Positions 45,572 through 55,943 of a stretch of DNA of 64,000 nt are shown here, one piece after another; position 1 is the stretch's first letter, and the number at the start of each line of letters is the position of its first letter. Source of the stretch: an uncultured Bacteroidales bacterium. Its GTDB lineage: Bacteria; Bacteroidota; Bacteroidia; Bacteroidales; JAGOPY01. Location: NCBI GenBank assembly GCA_964567785.1, contig CAZMOK010000007.1:4254-68253 (forward strand), read 5' to 3'. The position numbers and the translations under genes were made by a program. The notes under the pieces are model-generated. The model was not told where the DNA came from. It did not search any database and saw only the letters and a list, made by a program, of their open reading frames with translations.

Positions 45572-46630
45572 ATGAAAATTCTACTATTTCCATTCTCGTT
45601 GTTGTATGGTTTCGTGGTATTTGTCAGGAACCTTCTTTTCGACCTGAAAATCATCAAACCGGCCGAATACGATTTTCCTATTATCTCAGTAGGCAACCTT
45701 TCGATGGGTGGCACCGGAAAAACCCCTCATGTTGAGTACCTTGTCAGGCTGTTGCGCGAAAATTTCAAAATTGCCACACTGAGCAGGGGATACAGAAGAA
45801 AGACCAGGGGTTTCATAGTAGCATCAAAAGATTCGACTGAAAGGGAGATTGGTGATGAGCCTCTGCAGTATTCGAGGAAATTCGATAAAACAATTGTTGC
45901 TGTTGATTCTAAAAGGACCAGGGGCATTGAAAAACTGGGGAAATTTGATCCGAAACCTGATTTAGTCATTCTGGACGATGCCTTCCAGCACCGTTATGTC
46001 AAACCCGGCCTGTCCATTCTTCTGACAGATTTTCATAACATTTACAAGGAAGACTACCTGCTGCCCACCGGAAGACTCAGGGAACCCGGTAAAAATGCCA
46101 AAAGAGCTGATATCATTGTAGTCACCAAGACTCCCAGGGTCCTTTCGCCCCTTACCAGAAGAAGGATCCAGAATTTAATAAAACCAAGAGCCAATCAGAA
46201 ACTTTTCTTTTCCTACATTTCATATGATGAACCTTTGCCCCTCTACCCGGAAAAGCAAACTTCACTCAGAAAAAAGAAGCATAATTACATCCTGCTATTT
46301 ACAGGTATAGCGAACCCTTACCCCCTGCAGGAATACCTGAGCAATAAGTGCCACGAATTGATCACAATTGAGTTTCCCGATCACCACCGGTATGAAAGCA
46401 ACGACCTCGACCGGATCATTGAATCATATAATGATATCTTTGCAAGTAATAAAATTATTTACACAACCGAAAAAGATGCCATGAGGCTGCATCGTCCGGA
46501 ATTTTCAAGTTCCCTTGCCGATCTTCCGATATATTACATTCCAATCAGGGTGAATTTCCATAAATGTGATGATGCCAGGTTCGATAAATGTGTATTGGAA
46601 TATGTCAGAAAATATTTCCCGAAGCATTGA
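45572..46630 (+). CDS. lpxK: Tetraacyldisaccharide 4'-kinase
   Basis: P-loop VGNLSMGGTGKTP, plus LSRGY and LDDAFQH. Start set at ATG 45572 rather than TTG 45554. Confidence 0.9.
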   Translation: MKILLFPFSLLYGFVVFVRNLLFDLKIIKPAEYDFPIISVGNLSMGGTGKTPHVEYLVRLLRENFKIATLSRGYRRKTRGFIVASKDSTEREIGDEPLQYSRKFDKTIVAVDSKRTRGIEKLGKFDPKPDLVILDDAFQHRYVKPGLSILLTDFHNIYKEDYLLPTGRLREPGKNAKRADIIVVTKTPRVLSPLTRRRIQNLIKPRANQKLFFSYISYDEPLPLYPEKQTSLRKKKHNYILLFTGIANPYPLQEYLSNKCHELITIEFPDHHRYESNDLDRIIESYNDIFASNKIIYTTEKDAMRLHRPEFSSSLADLPIYYIPIRVNFHKCDDARFDKCVLEYVRKYFPKH

Positions 46631-47414
46631 TATTATATCAAGGAAAACGAAATTAAAACCGGCAATCTCAATTATACTGGGTACAGGGCTGGGAGGCCTG
46701 ACCCGTGAAATGGATATTGATACGGAGATCCCCTATGGAGAACTGCCCGGTTTTCAGCAATCCACAGTACAGGGACATCAAGGCGTACTGATATTCGGGC
46801 ATCTTAACAGGGTGCCTGTTATTGCCATGAAAGGAAGGCACCATTACTACGAAGGGTATTCCATGGATAACATAACCTATCCTATTAAAGTTTTCAAATC
46901 CCTTGGCATCAAAACATTAATAGTGTCTAACGCCTCGGGTGGCCTGGACCCGTCATTTGATGTAGGTGACATAATGGTCATAACAGACCATGTCAATCTT
47001 ATGAATGATAACCCGCTGACAGGCCCTTTTAAAAAAGAAGAAGGCAACCGGTTCATCGACATGAGCAATGCCTACAATAAGGATTATGTATCACTTGCCT
47101 CACGGATAGCAGGGAAGAGAGGCATCAGACATTTAACAGGAACCTATGCAGGTGTTACCGGGCCTACTTTCGAAACTCCTGCAGAATACAAGCACCTCAG
47201 GATCATAGGTGCTGATGCAGTCGGCATGTCAACCGTTCCCGAAGTTATCTCAGCCCGTAAAGAAGGATTGGAAGTACTTGCGTTCTCCGTTATTTCAGAC
47301 CTTGGTGTAGAGGGAAAGATCATCAAAATAAGTCATGATGATGTCATAGATGCGGCCAGCCTTGCAGAACCAAAACTTACAACAATCATAAAGGAATTCG
47401 TCACAGAGGTTTGA
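46602..47414 (+). CDS. Purine nucleoside phosphorylase (PNP/MTAP family 2)
   Basis: GRHHYYEG, VSNASGG, TGPTFETPAE and GADAVGMSTVPE motifs. Start at ATG 46602, overlapping the lpxK 3' end by 29 nt. Confidence 0.85.
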   Translation: MSENISRSIDIISRKTKLKPAISIILGTGLGGLTREMDIDTEIPYGELPGFQQSTVQGHQGVLIFGHLNRVPVIAMKGRHHYYEGYSMDNITYPIKVFKSLGIKTLIVSNASGGLDPSFDVGDIMVITDHVNLMNDNPLTGPFKKEEGNRFIDMSNAYNKDYVSLASRIAGKRGIRHLTGTYAGVTGPTFETPAEYKHLRIIGADAVGMSTVPEVISARKEGLEVLAFSVISDLGVEGKIIKISHDDVIDAASLAEPKLTTIIKEFVTEV

Positions 47415-47418
47415 GATC

Positions 47419-48591
47419 ATGGAACGTACTGCCCTCAAAATACTAATTATTCTACTCCTGATCACTTCATTAACGGGTTGCCACCAAATCCTCTTTAACC
47501 GGGATAATACACGGGTTGAAGGCTGTTTTTCCAATTTTTCGGGTAAAAGATTGATATTTAATGAAGTGGAGGTGCGTACCTTTATACCTCTCGATACGTT
47601 AAAACTTGATGAGGATGGTTGTTTCAGGCACTCAATGGACCTTGAGCAACCGGGGATATTCCTTCTCAAGCTGGACCAGGGCAATTACCTCACACTGGTC
47701 CTGAAGCCGGGGCAGGAAGTAGTTATCCGCAGCGATATGGAAAATATCAGGACCGGCTATTCAGTGGAGGGATCGCAGGGATCAGAGAAGCTCAGGGACT
47801 TCGAAATGGCTTACAATAAGAGAAAGGCAAAGCTTGAAGAACAGGCCAAAGCTTTCGATCGTTCTTTTAACCAGGCCCTGACTGATCGCCGTTACACAAA
47901 AATTCTTGATTCCCTGGTAGGCGCGCATAAAGCATACGTGACAAACCTGGTCAGATCAGAGCCTGCTTCACTGGCAAACCTTATCATGCTGAACCGCAGG
48001 TTTGTTACAGAAAAAGTTTTTGACCAATATGACGATTTTGAGATATTCGCCCTGGTAGATTCCGCATTGATGGAATTATATCCTGAAAACAAGCATGTTA
48101 AGGATCATCATTTCAGGATTGAACAGGCACGGTACCGTTTAAGGGTTGAGAACCTTGCCGGCGAAAGGCTTGCCGCAGGCAGGAAGGCTCCTGAAATTAA
48201 GCTCGAAACGCCCTCTGGCGAAACGGTCAACCTGAGCTCCCTGCAAGGAAACCCGGTAGTGTTGTATTTCTGGGCATCATCAGATGCCCCTTCAAGGAAA
48301 GCCAATCAGCAATTGGTTAAACTCTATGATGAGTATAAAAACAAAGGCTTGAAAGTATATGCTGTTTCACTTGACAAATATGAAGAAATGTGGAAAGCAG
48401 CAATCAAAATCGATAAGCTTGAATGGATCAATGTAAGTGATCTTTCAGGGATGGGTTCCCCTGTATCTTTTATGTACAATCTTCCGGAAAATCTTCCTTA
48501 CATTTTTCTGATCGACAGGGATGGAAAGATCATAATGAAAACCGGTAAGTTACAAGAGCTTGAAGAACGTATAAGCAGATTGTTTGAATAA
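47419..48591 (+). CDS. TlpA/AhpC-like thioredoxin-fold lipoprotein lacking the CXXC motif
   Basis: Lipobox LTGC. C-terminal thioredoxin fold with VVLYFWASSDAPSRK where FWASWCGPCR is expected. Confidence 0.7.
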   Translation: MERTALKILIILLLITSLTGCHQILFNRDNTRVEGCFSNFSGKRLIFNEVEVRTFIPLDTLKLDEDGCFRHSMDLEQPGIFLLKLDQGNYLTLVLKPGQEVVIRSDMENIRTGYSVEGSQGSEKLRDFEMAYNKRKAKLEEQAKAFDRSFNQALTDRRYTKILDSLVGAHKAYVTNLVRSEPASLANLIMLNRRFVTEKVFDQYDDFEIFALVDSALMELYPENKHVKDHHFRIEQARYRLRVENLAGERLAAGRKAPEIKLETPSGETVNLSSLQGNPVVLYFWASSDAPSRKANQQLVKLYDEYKNKGLKVYAVSLDKYEEMWKAAIKIDKLEWINVSDLSGMGSPVSFMYNLPENLPYIFLIDRDGKIIMKTGKLQELEERISRLFE

Positions 48592-48659
48592 CCGGGCTTT
48601 CACTGCTGGAGCTATTTTAGTATTATTGTAGTTTATTAACAAACCAGGCAGTTCAGTAA

Positions 48660-49427
48660 TTGGAAAAATCTAAAAATATATATTTCGCGTCAGATTTTCA
48701 CCTGGGCATTCCCGACCACAAAAGCAGCCTTGAAAGAGAGAAAAAGCTCGTTTCCTGGCTGAATGATGTCAAGGAAAAGGCCGACAGGATCTTTCTCATG
48801 GGCGACGTTTTCGATTTCTGGTTTGAATACAAAAGTGTGGTTCCAAAAGGATATGTAAGGTTACTGGGTAAACTTGCCGAAATAACCGATGCAGGCATCC
48901 CTGTTCATCTTTTCAAAGGGAACCACGATATCTGGGCTTTCAATTACCTGGAAAAAGAAATAAATATCATCCTTCACCGCCACCCTGAGGTGTTTGACTT
49001 TAACGGCCGGAAGTTTTATCTTGGACACGGCGACGGGCTCGGGCCGGGCGACAACGGTTATAAGTTCCTGAAGAAAGTTTTTGAGAACAGGATAAACCAA
49101 TGGCTTTTCAGGTGGCTTCATCCTGATATCGGCGCCGGAATGGCGCTGTATTTCTCAAAAAAGAGCCGGACAGCCAATATCATAAAAGAGGGGAAGAAAG
49201 AAGAAGGCAGCCGGATAGAAGATGAGATGCTGTATAAATATGCACAAAGTCTTGTGAAACAAGGCATGAAAGCCGATTATTACATTTTCGGTCACAGGCA
49301 CCTTCCTACCGACAAAGAGCTCAGCGATGGTTCACGCCTGATATTGCTGGGCGACTGGATAACGAATTTTTCATATGCCGTTTTCAACGGCCAAAAGCTT
49401 GAACTTAAGTTTTACGATAAAAAATAA
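48660..49427 (+). CDS. lpxH: UDP-2,3-diacylglucosamine diphosphatase (metallophosphoesterase)
   Basis: IYFASDFHLG, GDVFDFWFEY, GNHD and GHRH motifs. Only a TTG start is available at 48660. Confidence 0.7.
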   Translation: MEKSKNIYFASDFHLGIPDHKSSLEREKKLVSWLNDVKEKADRIFLMGDVFDFWFEYKSVVPKGYVRLLGKLAEITDAGIPVHLFKGNHDIWAFNYLEKEINIILHRHPEVFDFNGRKFYLGHGDGLGPGDNGYKFLKKVFENRINQWLFRWLHPDIGAGMALYFSKKSRTANIIKEGKKEEGSRIEDEMLYKYAQSLVKQGMKADYYIFGHRHLPTDKELSDGSRLILLGDWITNFSYAVFNGQKLELKFYDKK

Positions 49428-49433
49428 AATACC

Positions 49434-51206
49434 ATGAAAGACTTCTTCAAATTTATGTTCGCATCGATGCTGGGTTTTATCATAACCCTTATCATCGCTT
49501 TTTTCCTTTTTATAGCAGTAATAGCTTCAATCGTTTCCTTTGCCGAGAAAGAGACATATGAAGTGGAGGATAACTCGATCCTTAAAATGGAGGTGAATTA
49601 CCCTGTCAATGACAGGACCCAGAAACAGATGTTCCCGTCCTTCGGACCTTCGTTTGACATTGAAAAAGCACTTGGCCTTAACGATTTGCTGAAATACCTC
49701 GACAAAGCTGCAACGGACGACCGGATCAAAGGGATCTATCTCGACCTTTCTGTTGTTCCAACAGGGACTGCCATTCTTGAAGAGCTGCGGCAGGCGATCC
49801 TTGACTTTAAAGAATCAGGTAAATTCGTGGTCTGCTATGCTGATATTCTCACACAGACTGCTTACTACCTGGGTTCTGCGGCTGACCATGTTTACCTCCA
49901 TCCCGATGGCATGGTCGAGCTGAAAGGTATAAATGCCGAACTACTCTTCATAAAAGGCACCCTTGAAAAACTCGATATTGACGTGGAAGTTATCAGGGCC
50001 GGAAAATATAAAAGTGCTGCAGAGCCTCTTCTTTACGATAAAATGAGTGAGGCAAACAGAGAACAGATAGAGCTTTACATTAATCGCATCTGGAACAAGA
50101 TGTCGGCAGATATTGCCGAGAGCAGGAATATGACAGTTGAAGAACTGAACAAGATAGCTGATGACCTTGACGCACTAAATGCGGAAAAGGCAACGGATCT
50201 GTTTATAGTCGACGGACTTTTCCATCCCGATGAGATGACTGCCGAACTCAAAAGGCTGGCAGGCATCGAACCGGATGACGATCTTGAAATGGTTAAGATG
50301 GGCAATTATGTTGACGCTACATTCCCCGACAAGGAAAAGAAAAGGATTGCCCGTGAAAAAATTGCCGTTGTTTATGCCGTGGGTGCGATAATGGGCGGTG
50401 AAGGAGATGACATGACCATCGGTTCCGAAAGGATCTCCAAGGCCATAAGGAAGGCCAGGAAAGACGATAAGGTAAAAGCCATTGTGATGAGGGTCAATTC
50501 ACCGGGTGGTGATGCGCTTGCCTCAGAAGTTATAAGAAGGGAGATAGAATTAGCAAATGATACAAAGCCTGTTATCGTATCCATGAGTGACCTGGCTGCC
50601 TCAGGAGGCTACTGGATATCCTGTTCCGCAGATAAAATACTGGCCGATGAAATGACCCTCACCGGTTCAATCGGGGTTTTTGGTTTGATCCCCAATATGA
50701 AAGGCTTTTTCAACAACAAGCTCGGAATGACCTTCGATTATGCCAATACGAACAAAAATTCCGATTTCCCGACCGTAAGCAGACCACTGCCAGAATATCA
50801 GAAACAAGTTCTGGAACGTGAGATCGGCATGATATATGAAGATTTTCTCAGCCTGGTGGCCGATGGCAGGGATATGACGCGTGATGAGGTGCACGAACTG
50901 GCCCAGGGCAGGGTTTGGGCAGCCAGAGATGCTTTTGAGAATAACCTGGTTGATGAAATAGGCGGAATGCAAAGAGCAATTGATATCGCCGCTGAAATGG
51001 CAGATATCGAAGATTATCGCCTGTATGAACTGCCTCGTCAGAAAGATCCTTTCCAGCAACTGATCGAAGAAATTTCAGGTAATGCCAAAACCCGTTTACT
51101 TGTGAATGAGCTGGGTGATAACTACTACATATACCAGTACCTTAAAAAGGTGCAGGAGATGGAAGGAACCCAGGCACGGCTGCCTTTTGAAATAAGGCTC
51201 AAATAG
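49434..51206 (+). CDS. sppA: Signal peptide peptidase A, 67K type
   Basis: Two ClpP/crotonase-like halves. DLAASGGYW catalytic Ser region. N-terminal TM. 590 aa. Confidence 0.85.
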   Translation: MKDFFKFMFASMLGFIITLIIAFFLFIAVIASIVSFAEKETYEVEDNSILKMEVNYPVNDRTQKQMFPSFGPSFDIEKALGLNDLLKYLDKAATDDRIKGIYLDLSVVPTGTAILEELRQAILDFKESGKFVVCYADILTQTAYYLGSAADHVYLHPDGMVELKGINAELLFIKGTLEKLDIDVEVIRAGKYKSAAEPLLYDKMSEANREQIELYINRIWNKMSADIAESRNMTVEELNKIADDLDALNAEKATDLFIVDGLFHPDEMTAELKRLAGIEPDDDLEMVKMGNYVDATFPDKEKKRIAREKIAVVYAVGAIMGGEGDDMTIGSERISKAIRKARKDDKVKAIVMRVNSPGGDALASEVIRREIELANDTKPVIVSMSDLAASGGYWISCSADKILADEMTLTGSIGVFGLIPNMKGFFNNKLGMTFDYANTNKNSDFPTVSRPLPEYQKQVLEREIGMIYEDFLSLVADGRDMTRDEVHELAQGRVWAARDAFENNLVDEIGGMQRAIDIAAEMADIEDYRLYELPRQKDPFQQLIEEISGNAKTRLLVNELGDNYYIYQYLKKVQEMEGTQARLPFEIRLK

Positions 51207-51212
51207 AACAGA

Positions 51213-52004
51213 TCAGAACGATTCGAGGGCTTTGATCCTCATAGCGGCTTTCGCCTTTGCTGTAGTATCCGTTTTATAATTATATATGGCATTCTCCCAG
51301 CTACCGTACATGGGGTTGGGGAATGCTATGAATCTTCTGCCGAAGCTTGATTCCAGCTTATCAACCATTTCTTTTCTTTCTTCAGCAGACCGGCCTTCAA
51401 AAACCCTTGAAAAATCCCCGAGGTTATCGCCCAACAGCATTACCACGCGATAATCTTCTTCAATGCGGTTTCTTCGGCTTTCCTTGCTGGTGGTGGAAGT
51501 CCTCATAAAAAGGTGGTCCTTGTCGGCATAAGGGAACCCCCTTCTTTTAAGATTTTCGATCGTAGCTCCTTTGAGATGTTCTTTCCGGTTGGTTACGTAG
51601 AATATTTCTATCTCTTTTGAGGCAACAAAATTCAGGAACTTTTGCGATCCGGGAAGAGCCTGAGCCCGGGAAAGCATGCACCACTCATCCCATTTTTCGG
51701 GATAACTGATGCCTTCAAGTATGCATTTAGCCTGGTATGGACTGTTATCAAGAACTGTTTCATCAATATCAGTTATAATAGCGCGCTTCTTATCCACTGT
51801 TTTATTGAGTTCATCATAGATCATTATCATGGCTATGTTATACGCCTGAAGGTAAAGCGCATCATTTTCCGCTGCCTTTTGCCGATAGAGTGTCGCCATC
51901 AGCATCCGCTCATTAGTGGAAGGCGTGTATTCGTCTTCGCCTTGAAATTGACAGGAACTGGAGAATATTGCAAAGAGCGCCAGGAATAGAATTAGTCTTT
52001 TCAT
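51213..52004 (-). CDS. Class C acid phosphatase / 5'-nucleotidase, lipoprotein e(P4) family
   Basis: Lipobox FSSC. HAD motif ITDIDETVLDNSPY. GDNLGDF. Confidence 0.8.
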   Translation of the reverse strand: MKRLILFLALFAIFSSSCQFQGEDEYTPSTNERMLMATLYRQKAAENDALYLQAYNIAMIMIYDELNKTVDKKRAIITDIDETVLDNSPYQAKCILEGISYPEKWDEWCMLSRAQALPGSQKFLNFVASKEIEIFYVTNRKEHLKGATIENLKRRGFPYADKDHLFMRTSTTSKESRRNRIEEDYRVVMLLGDNLGDFSRVFEGRSAEERKEMVDKLESSFGRRFIAFPNPMYGSWENAIYNYKTDTTAKAKAAMRIKALESF

Positions 52005-52030
52005 GCCGTTAATCGTTTTATAAATTAAAA

Positions 52031-52056
52031 GAGCCGGATCATTTTAAATCCGGCTC
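52031..52056 (-). terminator. Hairpin terminator downstream of the PFOR gene
   Basis: GAGCCGGAT-cattttaa-ATCCGGCTC with a T-rich tail on the minus strand. Confidence 0.6.
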
Positions 52057-52083
52057 AAAAATATAGAAGAAAAAGGTATCATG

Positions 52084-55000
52084 TTAGTTCGAAAAATCCA
52101 TAGCTGCTAATCGCTTATAGCTTTCATAACGCCATTTGGCATTTTTTTCAGCCTCTATTTCAAGCCTTGCTGCTTCAGCAGGGAAGGCCTTTTTCAACGA
52201 AGTATACCTGACCTCGCCATCCAGGAAATTGCTGAACTGGCTCCAGTCGGGTTCTTTCGAGTCGAGTATGAACGGATTCTTTCCTTCGAACTCAAGAGCC
52301 GGGTTATACCTGTAAAGCTGCCAGTAACCCGAATCTACGGCAAGTTTCATCTCTTCCTGGGTCTTGCCCATGCCTGCACGTATACCGTGGTTGATACAAG
52401 GCGAATATGCGATTATTATCGAAGGTCCCTGGTAGGCTTCCGCCTCTTTCAGGGCTTTGAAATACTGATTATAGCTGGCCCCCATTGCAACCTGGGCAAC
52501 ATAAACGTAGCCATAGGTCATGGCCATCATTCCAAGGTCCTTTTTCCTGGCTTTCTTTCCTGAGGCGGCAAATTTCGCAACAGCACCCACAGGTGTCGAT
52601 TTAGAAGCCTGACCACCTGTATTTGAGTAGACTTCGGTATCAAGAACCAGCAGGTTAATATCTTCTCCTGAGGCAATTACATGGTCAAGCCCGCCATAGC
52701 CTATGTCGTATGCCCATCCATCACCGCCAAATACCCAGATCGATTTCTTTACAAGGTATTGTTTGAGCGAAAGTATCTCTTTGGCAATCTTGTCCTTTGA
52801 TTTATCAAGGAGCGGAAGCATCTTGTCTGTTGCTGCCTTTGACAGCTTTGCGTCATTCATGCCTTCAATCCATTCCTGGTAAGTATTTTTCAGGTTCTCG
52901 TCGATACCGTTGCTCATCGCTTCGCTCATCCTGTTGGCCATGCGGTCCCTCAGCTTCCTGATAGCAATGGTAAAGCCGAATCCATACTCAGCATTGTCTT
53001 CAAAAAGCGAATTGGCCCAGGCCGGTCCGTGACCGCTTTCATGATGCTGACGGTAGGGTGTAGAAGGCGCCGATCCTCCGTAAATGGAAGAACATCCGGT
53101 TGCATTGGAGATTATCATTCTTTCCCCGTACAACTGTGTTATCAACTTGATGTAAGGTGTTTCACCACATCCCGCACAGGCACCGGAAAATTCAAAGAGT
53201 GGTTGTGCAAACTGGCTGTTCTTTACCGATTTATCTTTCTCCACAATGTCTTCTTTATAGGTGACGTTCTCTTCCATATAGTCCCATCTTTCCACCTCAT
53301 CCATTTGTGATCCCAGAGGCTCCATTATAAGGGCTTTTTCTTTGGAAGGACAGATATCGGCGCAGTTACCACAACCGGTGCAATCAAGCACACTTACCTG
53401 TATCCTGAAATTATAACCTGCCAGTTTCCCTTTTGTTTTCTGTGTTTCGGTACCTTCCGGAGCCTTTTCCAATTCCTCATCAGTAAGCAGGAACGGCCTG
53501 ATACAGGCATGCGGACAAACATAGGCACACTGGTTACACTGGATACAGTTCTCAACCTGCCATTCCGGGACGTTTACGGCAATACCTCTTTTTTCGAATT
53601 CTGTGGTGCCCGGGGGGAATGTGCCGTCTTCCCTGTCGACAAAAGAACTTACAGGAAGGTCGTCCCCTTTCAAATGGTTGATTGTGTAGGCGATATCCTT
53701 TACAAAATCGGGAGCATTCAGCTCTTCCTTTTTATCCTTACCGCTGAGCTTCTTCCATTCTTTTGGTATCTCAACCCTGGTAACATCTCCTCCTCTGTCA
53801 ACGGCGGTGTTGTTCATATTTACGATATCCTCTCCCTTGTTCCCGAACGTCTTCCTGATCATTAACTTCATCTGTTCCACGGCAAGTTCGTAAGGGATCA
53901 CGTTGGATATCTTGAAAAATGCTGATTGCATTATCGTGTTAGTCCTGGAGCCCAGCCCGATCTCTTCTGCAATCCTGGTGGCATTGATGATATAAAAATT
54001 GATATCGTTCTCGGCCAGGTATTTTTTCATGGAATCAGGAAGCCTTTTCTTTGTTTCCTCCTTATCCCATATGCTGTTCAGTAAGAATGTACCCCCTTTC
54101 TTCAACCCCTTGAGCATATCATATTTATCGAGATATGACGGTACATGGCAGGCAACAAAATCAGGTGAACTTACAAGGTACGAAGAGTGGACAGGTTTGT
54201 CGCCAAACCGCAGGTGCGAAGTGGTTATACCTCCCGATTTTTTGGAGTCGTAGGCGAAATAAGCCTGGCAGTATTTGTCGGTATTTTCACCTATGATCTT
54301 GATCGAGTTCTTATTGGCCCCAACAGTACCGTCGGAACCAAGTCCGTAAAACTTACCTTCGAAAGTACCTTTCGGCACGGTGCTCACGTCTGGCTTCAGC
54401 GGAAGTGAAAGGTAGGTGACATCGTCCACAATTCCGACAGTGAAACGGTCTTTGGGTTCCTTCATTTTCAGGTTATCAAAAACCGATATGATCATTGACG
54501 GAGTTGTATCTTTTGAGCTCAGCCCGTAGCGCCCTCCCACGATCAATGGGGCGTTTTCCTTACCGTAATACAGATCTTTTACATCGAGGTGCAGCGGTTC
54601 AGCGTTAGCCCCCGGTTCTTTGGTCCTGTCAAGTACGGCTATCCTTTTAACGGATTCCGGAATCGCTTTAAAAAAGTATTTGGCTGAGAAAGGCCTGTAA
54701 AGGTGAACAGTGACAAGGCCTACCTTTTCGCCCTTTGCGACAAGGTAATCAACCGTTTCTTTAATTGTATCGGTAACAGACCCCATGGCAATGATCACAT
54801 GTTCGGCATCAGGAGCGCCGTGATAATTGAACGGGTGGTATTCGCGCCCGGTTAGCTTTGTGATCTCCTGCATATAGTTTTCAACCACATCGGGTATGGG
54901 ATCATAAAAGCGGTTAGCGGCCTCCCTCGACTGGAAATAAATATCCGGGTTCTGTGCAGTACCCCTTGTAACAGGATGTTCAGGGTTCAGCGCCCTTTCG

Positions 55001-55614
55001 CGGAATTCCTGTACTGCCTGGAAGTCGAAAAGATGTTCAAGGTCTTCATTCTCAAAATATTCAACCTTTTGGATCTCGTGAGAGGTACGGAAACCATCAA
55101 AGAAATGAAGGAACGGTACCCTCGATTTTACTGATGCCAGGTGGGCTATCCCTCCTATGTCCATGATCTCCTGCACGCTTCCTGTAGCAAGCATGGCAAA
55201 GCCGGTATGCCGCGTACTCATAACGTCGCTGTGATCTCCGAAAATTGAAAGAGCCTGGGCCGCTAAACTTCTTGCACTGACATGAAAAACGCCCGGTAGC
55301 AATTCGCCTGACATTTTGTACATGTTCGGGATCATCAGCAGCAACCCCTGGGAAGCAGTAAATGTTGAGCAAAGTGCCCCGGATTGCAAAGCTCCGTGCA
55401 TAGCCCCGGCAGCTCCCGCTTCCGACTGCATTTCTGTTACATTGATCACATCATCGAAAATATTCTTCCTTTCATGTGCAGCCCATTCGTCAATGTATTC
55501 TGCCATGGTGGATGATGGGGTGATGGGATAGATGCAAGCTACTTCGCTGAATATATAAGCTACATGCGATGCCGCATAGTTACCGTCGCAGGTAATAAAT
55601 TTTTTCTTTTTCAT
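52084..55614 (-). CDS. nifJ: Pyruvate:ferredoxin (flavodoxin) oxidoreductase
   Basis: 1176 aa single-chain PFOR. Two ferredoxin CxxCxxCxxxCP motifs (CIQCNQCAYVCP, CTGCGNCADICP). TPP-binding GGDGWAYDIGYGGLDH. Confidence 0.95.
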   Translation of the reverse strand: MKKKKFITCDGNYAASHVAYIFSEVACIYPITPSSTMAEYIDEWAAHERKNIFDDVINVTEMQSEAGAAGAMHGALQSGALCSTFTASQGLLLMIPNMYKMSGELLPGVFHVSARSLAAQALSIFGDHSDVMSTRHTGFAMLATGSVQEIMDIGGIAHLASVKSRVPFLHFFDGFRTSHEIQKVEYFENEDLEHLFDFQAVQEFRERALNPEHPVTRGTAQNPDIYFQSREAANRFYDPIPDVVENYMQEITKLTGREYHPFNYHGAPDAEHVIIAMGSVTDTIKETVDYLVAKGEKVGLVTVHLYRPFSAKYFFKAIPESVKRIAVLDRTKEPGANAEPLHLDVKDLYYGKENAPLIVGGRYGLSSKDTTPSMIISVFDNLKMKEPKDRFTVGIVDDVTYLSLPLKPDVSTVPKGTFEGKFYGLGSDGTVGANKNSIKIIGENTDKYCQAYFAYDSKKSGGITTSHLRFGDKPVHSSYLVSSPDFVACHVPSYLDKYDMLKGLKKGGTFLLNSIWDKEETKKRLPDSMKKYLAENDINFYIINATRIAEEIGLGSRTNTIMQSAFFKISNVIPYELAVEQMKLMIRKTFGNKGEDIVNMNNTAVDRGGDVTRVEIPKEWKKLSGKDKKEELNAPDFVKDIAYTINHLKGDDLPVSSFVDREDGTFPPGTTEFEKRGIAVNVPEWQVENCIQCNQCAYVCPHACIRPFLLTDEELEKAPEGTETQKTKGKLAGYNFRIQVSVLDCTGCGNCADICPSKEKALIMEPLGSQMDEVERWDYMEENVTYKEDIVEKDKSVKNSQFAQPLFEFSGACAGCGETPYIKLITQLYGERMIISNATGCSSIYGGSAPSTPYRQHHESGHGPAWANSLFEDNAEYGFGFTIAIRKLRDRMANRMSEAMSNGIDENLKNTYQEWIEGMNDAKLSKAATDKMLPLLDKSKDKIAKEILSLKQYLVKKSIWVFGGDGWAYDIGYGGLDHVIASGEDINLLVLDTEVYSNTGGQASKSTPVGAVAKFAASGKKARKKDLGMMAMTYGYVYVAQVAMGASYNQYFKALKEAEAYQGPSIIIAYSPCINHGIRAGMGKTQEEMKLAVDSGYWQLYRYNPALEFEGKNPFILDSKEPDWSQFSNFLDGEVRYTSLKKAFPAEAARLEIEAEKNAKWRYESYKRLAAMDFSN

Positions 55615-55943
55615 AACAAACTGATTTAATGCTAGATATGTATACGAGTTATGGTGAAATAAACTGGAACGAAATTAATAAAATCTATCCAGTATGTCTG
55701 TTCTATTGTTACAAAAATAACACGTACGTTCTTATTTATAATGAGTTTAGATTCAATAGTTTATTATTGATATCGTTGATGCTCAAGAATATAGGAAAAG
55801 CCTTTGAACCTACGCTCAAAACGAAAGTCTTAACCTGATTTTACTGAAGAAATTGGAAAACCGTATTTGTGTATTAAGCCGCCTTTATATATTTTTACCG
55901 AATAGATTTTGAAAAACAGAGTGTAAATTATAAAAGGCTTAAC

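Noticed and set aside
55629-55838. 69-aa ORF in the PFOR / DHOD-like intergenic region.
   Set aside because: It is AT-rich with an Asn/Ile/Tyr/Leu-rich low-complexity translation and no motif. The region is more likely promoter DNA for the two divergent genes.
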